A stretch of DNA of 64,000 nt. It comes from Octopus sinensis (taxonomy: Eukaryota). How positions within the stretch are numbered: position 1 is the stretch's first letter; every line of letters begins with the position of its first letter. The stretch lies in NCBI RefSeq assembly GCF_006345805.1, contig NC_043005.1, positions 60,574,001 to 60,638,000 on the forward strand, given 5' to 3'. Under the pieces are notes generated by a model. The model made no database searches. It saw only the letters and a list, made by a program, of their open reading frames with translations, and was not told the origin of the DNA. Position numbers and translations under genes: made by a program. This document shows positions 53,639 to 64,000 of the stretch, piece after piece.

Positions 53639-54731
53639 AAAATATTATATTTTACAAATCAAAATATCAAAATTGTTTGTGACCCAATAATATATGCTGT
53701 GGGAAATCTACCTAGGTATTTGTTTTATTGTGTGGATATCAGTTGAAATTAGTTATACATGCCTCGTATTTACATTAATGATTTTTACCGGATTACGATC
53801 CTATTTTGTAGTAAGTTTCCTTCTTTTGTTTTTTACGGACATGACCTTTCTTCCTTTTCCTTCAACGTATTAATTGAATTCCAAAGTCCTTATTGCTTGC
53901 AATAATGGAATTTAGACAGAAATCTTGTAAACTTCAAATTGTGAAGTTATCCAGTCGTGTAGATTTTGTTTCTGCAACAAATATGCATCACTTTCCTCCA
54001 TCATTTGTACGAGAACGGATGAAGAAGAACATCTACTGGGAAGAATATATTCGTCTAGTTTTATAAATTTTATCTATTATTGATGTAGACAGTGATTATT
54101 GCATCTCCTGTCTCCTGCGACGAGCATCTCCTTCTGCTTTCCACTGTTATCATTATGCTCTTACGCAGTGGCATACTAGTTTCATTTAGAAGTATTTGAC
54201 GTATGTTAGTTGCTAAGATTGCTTGTACTATATAACAGCTGAAATGACCTGATTCTTTAATTTTAGTTCTCATTAGAATAGCTAGAAAATTCCAAGAATT
54301 GACAATTATACATCTTTGACAAACCACCAAGTGTTCACCTAATGACAGCCTTGTCAACCGTACGTACCTACCACCTTCTCTAGTTTCCTCTAAATTATAT
54401 CACATTTCATTTAACCCCATGTGACGCTCATGAATGCAAGATCTATAATTTTACAGCCAACGGAAATTGTACTGTCAGTTTGCATGACGGCATTCCCACA
54501 AGCATATCACACGTTCAGGAAAGAATTATATTTCTTTCCTTTTATAATAAAGACATGGCTACGTTTATTTGCACCCAGAAACATAAATGCTAATGTTACT
54601 ATTAGGACACAATGAACTAGACAGCCATGTGCAATGCTTTACCAAAAAGGAAACCTATAATTGTCGTTAAATGACTAAGGTGTTACAACACTTACATTGC
54701 AAGGATTAAGAGTAAAAGGGCTCTAATGCTG

Positions 54732-55300
54732 TAGTTAAAGCACATAATTGTATACATATATGTACAGACAGGGACTGTAATCGCCCGAAAACGCCGAGCG
54801 AGAAATTCCCTATACTAACTGATCAGTTTCGGCTAATTCCGTAGCATCGTCAGTAGGGACAGCTCGATTCGGCTGATTCCGAACATAGTTATTTGTAACT
54901 ACATATGTATTCACTATGAAAATCTATGGATGATTTAGCGAATCGCTAATGTATATACAAAAAATTAATATAGATATGACTGGGGTGTTGGAACATCGAC
55001 GTTACTAGAAATAAGAGTTAAAAAGCTGTAAGGTTATATAGTTAAAGCACATATATTCTCTATACTTTTTTTTTTCGTATACACATTTGCAATTTGCAAA
55101 ATCCTTCATAGATTTTTATGATGACTGCATAAGTATTGACAGAGAATTAAGTCCGGAATAGCCAAATCTAGCGTTCCCTACTGATGTGGTTACAGAATTA
55201 GCCGAAACTGACCGATCAGTATAGGGAATTTCTAGCCCGGCGTTTTTGGGCGATTACATTCCCTGTCAGTACACATATATACAATTATGTGCTTTAACTA
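54732..55300. mobile_element. Palindromic element (about 230-bp diverged arms) with an HHR in each arm
   Basis: tagttaaagcacataattgtata and tatacaattatgtgctttaacta are the termini. HHR 54808-54858(-): CCCUA CUGACGA u GCUA/UAGC c GAA ACUGA-ucag-UUAGU A/UAGGG. HHR 55176-55226(+): CCCUA CUGAUGU GGUUA/UAGCC GAA ACUGA-ccga-UCAGU A/UAGGG. Confidence 0.8.
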
Positions 55301-57635
55301 TGTGTGTTTTCTCTGGAAATGTTCCTTCTGTGATTCGAACTATTACGGAATTAATGAGAATTTCGTGGAAATTAATGAGATTCGTAGCCATGATAGTAAG
55401 AGAATAGACATTACAACTTTCTTTCAAAGTATTTCATCTGTGACAGCAGAACATGATCTCTGTAGCATTTTGGCTTTTATTTCTAGCAGTGTTACTCATG
55501 ACATTTATATATAAGTGTATGTGTGTGTGAGTGTGTGTATGTGTGTGTGAGTGTGTGTGTGTGTGCTTGCTTATACGTGCTCTTTTGTTAGCAGTTACTT
55601 ATGGATTACGTAATTTAATTGAAAATTACTAGCGATTGAAAAATGTGTAAAGATAAATGGAAATAATATGACATTATATGTTCCTATCTTGCAATAATTA
55701 CCTGTATTGTCTTGAAATTATAACCTAGAAATCACTGACATAGAATTATAGAATGATTCAGATGATGAGAGAATATTCCCGACAGGCATCTCTTTGGGCG
55801 TTTTGTGGAGGCATAGAATTCTAACCGACTGAGTATATATCGTTAACATTAAAAGGAACACTATAAGACTAATGTGTGTTTATGCGTTTATGTAATTATG
55901 TAAGCTTATTTGTAATTATGAATGTATGTATAAATGTATGTACCCACGTATATATGTATGTACACAGTTATGTTCTCATGTAGTTGTCTATCTTAATAAT
56001 TGTGTACCTAAGCATAAACGGGTTTGTGTGTGACTTAAACCGACTCATATTGGCGTATTTGATTTTCATTTCACTATACAGTCATTGTGCACACGTTTTT
56101 GTACACCCAATTAATTCATTAACCTCCAAGACAGTACTCGAATAAAGCATAATTAATTCACATTGGATTCTGCGAAATCAAGAACACATTTTTGTTTGCA
56201 TAGAAATTCGCTTATAAACGACAACATGTCTGCTCTTCTTTTGTATGAAATAAAATATGTTTCCACATTTTGCAGAGAATATACAGAAAACTGTAATTGA
56301 GGAATTTAACTCAAAATTTTTACGTACCCTACGAAAATGCAACAAATTACATGGCAAGCAGTAATTAAATAATTATGAATATAGCACATGTTATTACATA
56401 TACCTGTTTTTTATCTTTTACTTTTTAGATTTTAGTTCTTGTTTTTCGTTTTCCGAGTTTTTTATACCTTCTATATGCTGCCTACTCAGATTTTTCGCAT
56501 TTCTTCTCTTATTCAATTTTCGCATTTCACTTTGATTTGTGATTTGTGTCTGACGAATATGTGTGAGATATTTTTCAACATAGGAAACTATTACTTGCAT
56601 TTAAAGATATCTATTGTCCTTGAAATAAACAATAATTATCCCACATCAGATGGAGTGTTTGCTTGTTGAACTATCATGGAACTGTACGTTTCAGTATTTA
56701 TTAAATTACTGCTATAACGAATTTGTTTTTTTTTTTTTCTGCTGTAAATATCACAGTGAATATCAAGAGCTGAAAAACCTTGGTTCCATTGTAAAATGAG
56801 TGAAGAGTGCAAAACATGGGTCATTCAAGAAGACTTATATTGCAGAAACTAAGTCGGAACTCCCAAAAACTCTAAGTGTATGCAAACGGCTCTCATAATT
56901 TGCAACTACTATTAAAAATAATTAAAAACTTTCGAATTTTAAACTAGGAGCAAATTTCTTCCAAGAGCACCTACGGGATGTTGAAAGTATATCTAGCATA
57001 CATTGACGCAATTCCTAAATGAATCCGGTATTAAGTTCTTTGTTATCATCCAGCATAAAAATGAAGACAATCCATATTAAAATACGTGTAAATTTCCATT
57101 TACCCTGCATCGTATTTGAAAATTTAAACCTGATTGCACGACCGAATCATACATGTATACACGAACATACATACATACATACATACATACATACATACAT
57201 ACATACATACATACATACATACACACATACATACATACATACTTATAAGATATACATATATACATGCATACAATCATACATACATGCATACATATACAAA
57301 CCTGCTTACATACGTGCACACAAGTATACATACATATATGCATAAACGCACACACAATTGTACACATGCGCACGCATATACATATGTGTGCATGTATGCA
57401 TATGAATGTGTGTGTATGTGTGGCTGTCTACCTGTCTGTCTGTCTATCTGCGTGTTTGCGTGTGTATTCTATGGAAATTTTCCTTCTGTGATTCGAACTA
57501 TTACGGAATTAATGAGAATTTCGTGGAAATTAATGAGATTCGTAGCCATGATAGTAAGAGAATAGACATTACAACTTTTTTCAAAGTATTTCATCTGTGA
57601 CAGCAGAACATATGATCTCTATAGCAAGCATTTTG
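55301..57635. repeat. About 170-bp direct repeat pair (55301-55472 and 57461-57635)
   Basis: tccttctgtgattcgaactattacggaattaatgagaatttcg is present in both. Confidence 0.85.
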
Positions 57636-57839
57636 TGAGAGTGTGGTAGCTTTTTCTATGTGCAGTACGACCTGACGTGAAGGTTTTGACATTAGATGCA
57701 AGCTTAGAAAAAAATTTGAAGGATTCTCCGCGGAATAGCTGAGAGGAGAGGAAGGTGGTAGATACTGAGAATGATACAGAACGAAAAATGGGAAAAGTGT
57801 TAGTAATAAAATATATAGATATTGTGCATCTGTGATTAA

Positions 57840-57947
57840 TTAGATAGATGGATAGATAGACAGAGTGATAGTTAGCTAGCTAGATAGATAGATAGATAAC
57901 TAGCTAGCTAGCTAGATATATAGATAACTAGCTAGCTAGATAGATAA

Positions 57948-57992
<45 letters not shown>

Positions 57993-57993
57993 C

Positions 57994-58069
<76 letters not shown>

Positions 58070-58435
58070 GGATGGATGGATAGCTAGATAGATAGATAGG
58101 GTTGTTTGTATGCATGTATGTATGTGCAGTTAAGTAGGCAATTAGATATATGGGAAGGTAGGTACGTAAGTAGGTATGTAGGTACGTACGTGGGTGGGTA
58201 GCTACGTAGGAAGGGCATGTAGATAGGTAAATAGGTAAGTAGATACGTATATAGGCTGGTAGGTAAGTGTGTATGAATGTATGTGTACGTATGTGTATAT
58301 GTATGTACGTAAGTATGCATGTATGTATGTATGTATGTAGTAGGTAGGTAGGTAGGTAGGTAGGTAGGTAAGTAGGCAGGTAGATAGGTAGATAGGTTGG
58401 TAGGTAGGTAAGTAGATAGGTAGGTAGGTACCCAA
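57840..58435. repeat. (TAGA)n/(TAGG)n/(TATG)n tetranucleotide microsatellite complex
   Basis: Seen directly; a similar (GACA)(GATA)n tract lies at 48510-48625. Confidence 0.95.
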
Positions 58436-59695
58436 TTGTCAACTATGACATCGTAGACATCCATGCTTACATACATACAACACGGAGTGCTGCCTTCAGC
58501 AAGGATGTGTTAGGCAGAAAATCATGAAGTGATGTTTTCTCAAAATAATTTCAAGCATAAGGCTAAACATACATATTAACAGCTCGTAAATATTTACTTC
58601 TATTTCTGCTTCTGGTTTGTTATACACTTGTGCTGCAGTCTGAATTTTACAACAGAGCTATATGTAAACGTACAGTATTTAACATCGAATACTTGATACA
58701 TTGTAAAAGGATTTTCCCAATCCAGTAACACTTTAGGAACAAATCCGAATAATTTCTGAAACTAAAGCATGATTGAGTAAATTTTACCGTTACTATGCTC
58801 ATTAATGTTGCTTTACAATCGTCATTAACTTTACAGCAATTTCCCGAACATCAAGTGAAGGACCCAATGTCAAATAGTGATAGAAACACAGGCCGACAGG
58901 ATATTGTTATTGTTATAACAACGGCTTTCATTGCAATTGTCGGTAATCAACTACAGCGACTCTGAGAGCGGAAGGCATTACGATACATTTAAAACCAGAA
59001 GGATATCGGTGAAATGTTGACGAATATATTAAGTGCAAAGTAGAAATAAGTGTCATTATGTGCTAGATAAATAAACGGTAAATGCTATGTATACTCAGTA
59101 ATCTCAAATATTGAAGCAGTTAATTTCTGATACTGTAAATTACTTGAGATGAATTATTATTAACGCAAGATACTAATAAGATGTCAGACTTATGTAACTT
59201 TTGCGTGCAACTCTATCGGCCAAATGATGTCCAGATGAATCAGCAAGCATACTTACATACACACACAAGATACAACACAGTGTATATGTCAGCGTGTGTG
59301 CACACGCGCATGTGTGTGTGTGAGCATTATGTATGTTGCGTGCATGTTTGTGTACGTGCGTGTGATGAACTCATATATGTAGTTGCACATATCATTATTA
59401 GTATCATTGTGGCAATGAAGTGGCAGAGGTTTTAGATTATCGGATAGAATAACGTGTGGTATTCAGCGCGACTGATAGTGATTGTATTTCAAATGTAGCT
59501 GATGTCCAATTTGCTTTACAGAGTGTAGAAATAAAGTACTATTCTGGTACTAGGACTGATTCTTTCCTCCGCTATCTCTCTTTTCCCGAGATTTTTACCT
59601 GCATTTCAAAGTTCCACATATTATATTATATACTATATACATTTTGAGCCGCCGTAGAATTGCATTAAGGATAAATACACTCTTTGGCATATATT

Positions 59696-59912
59696 TGTTT
59701 CTTTATTACCCACAAGGGGTTAAACATAGAGGGAACAAACAAGGACAGACAAACGAATTAAGTCGATTACATCGATCCCAGTGCGTAACTGGTACTTAAT
59801 TTATCGACTCCAAAAGGATGAAAGGCGAAGTCGACCCCGGTGGAATTTGAACTCAGAACGTAACGGCTACGCATTTCGCCCGACGTGCTAACGGTTCTGC
59901 TAGCTCGCCGCC
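59696..59912 (-). mobile_element. SINE family A
   Basis: Reverse-complement family A copy. Confidence 0.85.
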
Positions 59913-62737
59913 CTCTGCTTTGACATATATTATTCAATGGGTCATACATTAATTTCATAAGTAGGGATTCGGTCAGTCCTTTGGATACACATGGGAAAAT
60001 TCATGATGAGGATATCCTGCCCGTACCTGTCAGAATGTTGAGGCTGCTTAAACAAGTTTGAGAATCTCTTACGCCTCTTCTGTCTGCTACTTTCATAAAA
60101 TCTCTGAGTTTAACTTAGACATATTCCATTCAAATATCTGCACTAACTAGTCAAACGTTCCTAAGACTGTTTGAAGACAATTGGGGAAAATTATACTCCC
60201 TATTCAAGTCGTGGAATAAAGGGCAACAAGACTGAAAGCAGTTACTTCAGTTGTTTACATCCAGAACCATCGACTACTTTCTGTGCCAATAACCGTCCGA
60301 GCTAACTATATCACTCTTCTCAACCACGCCCACCGACAATGGAATCATCGAAAAAATACGAGTCCGGTTTTCCGGAATTCCTCAAAATATTTCGGTTTAT
60401 TAGCACATAGTGAAATATGTGATCGTTCTGCAAGTGAACTAGATTTTCTACATCAAATTCTCTTGGCATGAAATCATTACACATGAAATAAACGGATGCC
60501 TTTTCTTGCCCTATCTTCAAGTCAACCTTTTTTTCCTTTTAGTTCAAAATTCCTCCTCCTGATATACAACCGAAGCATGCTTTGATTCCAGTAGCTGTTG
60601 TTTGTTGACTGGTCCTGTTGTCCAAACAAGTCACATGTAGATTGACGTCAAGAAGAGGAATTATGATATCACACTTGTTGGCATTTTGTTTTCCATTTAT
60701 ATTTATGAAAACGGTGAATGTGAAGAATATTACTATCAGCTATTTTGTTTTGTTTTTTTTTCATGTTGTTGCTGCTGCACTTACTATTCGATTATATATG
60801 CGGAAGTGAGGTGCTTTGAAGGTTCTTGTTTTTGTCATTTTCCACTTCTTTCTGGCTTGCCTGGGGGCTTTTGTTCTTTTGATTGAGGGTTTGGCTGTAT
60901 ATAGTAAATTTTGTTATCGATATTATCGGATCACTAGCGGTTAGCGATGGATGCACATAGACATTTTGCAAGCGCTTTGAGTGCCTATCAACATCCATGT
61001 TTCATGTGTAATCGTTGCTTTCTTCTACTCGCGCAACAAAAGTTTGTCATTACCAAGTGTTCCTTTATTCTTTTGACACGTATTCTAAGGCTTTGTAAAA
61101 ACATAATGGTAAAACCTCTGTGTGTGACTTTGATATTCTGCCTTGATGTTTTCCTTGATGAACAACATTGCTGCTCACCTGTCAGTGCTTCTCTTTGGTA
61201 TTTCGATAAGGATTTAGTGCATGCTACCGTTTTTGCTATTGTTGATGCATTTTATGCGTCTAATTTTGTTATTATATTGCTTCATGGATTTGTTTTCAGG
61301 TTGATGTAGCCAATCAGATTTGGCAACAGTGCAGATGCAGTTTATTTTCTTTTTCTCTTTTGTAGGCAGAAGGTTTCATGCTACTCGTGCTACCACGTGT
61401 GTAAAGCCTATGCCTTCTACACCCCATCATAACATGCTGTTTTGCGCCATTCGAGTGGTGTACCATTTAAGTGATCTTGTCCATGATTCTTATATCAGAA
61501 CCTTCACGATATTACTGGAATAGTACCATAACACGTTCGAATACTGACCTCATATTCTCAGATAACGTAGAGTAACACATCGACCGCATCCATCGTCAGC
61601 ACTCTTCGACCATGAAAAATTAGTAAATTTCTGACTCACCAGACAAACGGGAGCAGATAATGATCCTGTTCATGGGTTTTCATTCAATTTTTCCTCTCAG
61701 GCTCTTACTCACTTCACTATTTGTGATCCTTTCTATTCACCGTCCTTAGCAGTGAGTTCTATGCAATGCTGCAACAATAATTGCTTAGATGTTTCTTCAA
61801 GTGTCTTTCCACAATCTCTCCGGGCAAATATTGTGATCTTACGTAAGTATCACTCTTTGCAGTGAGATTGCTGAAATTAAATGTTATACACGTTGCTCTT
61901 TCTGAATCTATTAGAGAGTTCGGTGTATATGATATTTGTGACACTGTTGGTGAAAATACCGAATATTCATTCATAACAGAGTACGAGACATGAACCAGGA
62001 CAAAACACGAAAACGTTAAATAAATAATATTTACACAAAACAATTCGATTTGCATTCAATTTGCCAGATCAATTGATGGAGTATTGTAATGCTACCAACA
62101 GAATCTTGGCATAATTTAAATGAACTATTGTGTATATCTATTGTAAGAGCCGATCCTTTTTCGGAGTAGGAAAGCGGAGAATGATTTAGCAATGTCCCTT
62201 AATAATTGGGCTATTATAAATTGAAGTCCAACATTTCTGATCAGAACCTAATAAGTAATTATATCCTCCACAATATGCATTTTACTTACTGAGGTACTTG
62301 ATAGTAATGTTTATACATGCAATTTCTTACAGTATAAGTGAAGGACTTTTTCATGTTTTTTTTTTTCATTGTGGAGTAGGTCTTGTAAGACAATCTTATT
62401 TGCTACTGAAATAGTTTTTAGAAATGTGTAGGTAATTATTGTCTAAAACTTGTGATATTGCAATAGGTATACTCTACAGTTCATTGTATTTATCCCAGCG
62501 TTATCTACATAACGATTCAGTAATTAATTAGCTAGTTTATTTATGTAAAATCGTTAGATTACCTGAAGTAAACTTCATGTCAAGCAGAGTGGAAATCAAA
62601 TTGTTGATCAAACGAAAAACTGACAAACTTACAATTTAGGACGTCTATTATTTGGCTTCCAGTGCTGATGTAACTCTGGGAAATTAGATACGAGCAGAGC
62701 GGTTTTTCTAGGATTCTACAATATAAATATTACTATT

Positions 62738-62932
62738 TTACTCTTTTATTTGTTTCATTAATTTGACTGCGGCCATGCTGGAGCACCGCCCTTGTTGAGC
62801 AAATCTACCCCAGGACTTATTCTTTGTAAGCCTAGTACTTATTCTATCAGTCTCTTTGCCGAACCGCTATGTTTCGGGTGCGTGCACACACCAGCAACGA
62901 TGTTCTGGGGACAAACACAGACACACAAACAT

Positions 62933-63016
<84 letters not shown>

Positions 63017-63178
63017 GACGGGTTTCTTTCAGTTTCCGCCTACCAAGTTCACTCACAAGGCTTTGGTCGGCCCGAGGATATAGTAGAAGACACTTGTCCA
63101 ATTTGCCACGCAGTGGGACTGAACCCGGAAACAGGTGACTGGTAAGCAAGCTACTTACCACACACCCACTCCTGCGCC
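62738..63178 (-). mobile_element. tRNA-derived SINE family B
   Basis: Homologous to the 31138 and 51769 copies. Confidence 0.85.
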
Positions 63179-63774
63179 TTGAGAAACATTGATCAGTTAT
63201 AAAGGATAACAGAGGATATTCCTGTGCAACAAAATAGTGATAAGAGAACTTTTTATTAAGTATCATGAATCAGGCATCTCAGTTCACACGCTCACTATAA
63301 GTGAAATGTTTTTTTGTAAACTTTTCCGATCATCTAAATTTGAGTGAGAAAGTTTAACACAGAATGGCTGCATTACAAAAATATAATTACTAACATATGC
63401 AAATGAAGTAATTAAGTATTAGTAAATTATAGTTCTCTTTGCATTGAAGAAAACAGAAAGTATAGACAGTATGATTCTCTTTCGTGACGTATGGCGTAAG
63501 TTAATGTATGAAAATTTCACTGCATTACGCATTGGTTCAGAAACAGAGCGACCATGATGTCGTTGCTGATCAAGCACACTACTTGATATCAAAATATCAA
63601 CAAACACATATATGCTCGTAGGCAATTGATCATCAAATATGCATGGTAAGTTACTGTTTCAATCAACACAATTAATACTTTTCCTCAACCGATGCAGATA
63701 AATTTACTCTTGGATTTCCCTCACCCCTCACTCTTTCTCTATCTGAGCTCTCTCTTTCTATCTCTCTCTCTCTT

Positions 63775-63812
<38 letters not shown>

Positions 63813-64000
63813 ATAGGACCTCTTATATGTGTATAGACATACATACACATATATATTTACATGAATATTTATTATTATTATTATCTGATCGGCTGTGGCA
63901 CTTTTGAGTCATCTTCCAGCATGGTCTTGGCCTGTAGCCTCTGCAGGTTCTAGTCTGCCATCAGTCTTGAGTCTGATTTTGGTTTCGTCGTTGTTATTAA

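Noticed and set aside
60230-61520. Possible host exons (cluster of short ORFs on both strands)
   Set aside because: No recognisable homology or consistent splice/frame structure by eye; needs tBLASTn or RNA-seq.

Overview
AT-rich eukaryotic DNA dense in microsatellites ((TA)n, (CA)n, (TAA)n, (TAGA)n). The SINE and repeat repertoire looks like an Octopus/cephalopod genome; this is inferred from repeat recognition, not a database search. I found no intact host protein-coding gene: most listed ORFs are translated microsatellites or chance ORFs in repeats. Recognisable relics are two tRNA-derived SINE families (many copies, some tandem), R4/Dong-like RLE LINE pieces in (TAA)n tracts, a Tc1/mariner transposase remnant, a Ty3/Gypsy remnant, a Penelope-like element (PLE) with GIY-YIG endonuclease, and MITE/foldback hairpins. 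The striking feature is an unusual density of type I hammerhead ribozyme (HHR) motifs: about 10 with a canonical CUGANGA/GAAA core and paired stems, plus several variant or decayed ones. Most sit in non-coding elements that share one architecture: two copies joined head-to-head (5' ends inward, HHR-sense strand pointing outward), usually ending at (TA)n tracts. The main cases are a near-perfect 2.14-kb palindrome (3177-5320) with an HHR at each end, an inverted pair of tandem arrays of a 491-bp HHR unit (33573-36073, five HHRs), an adjacent unrelated 475-bp HHR unit with terminal redundancy (32814-33418), and three smaller palindromic HHR elements. Together these look like a set of retrozyme/PLE-derived, palindrome-forming, (TA)n-associated ribozyme elements.
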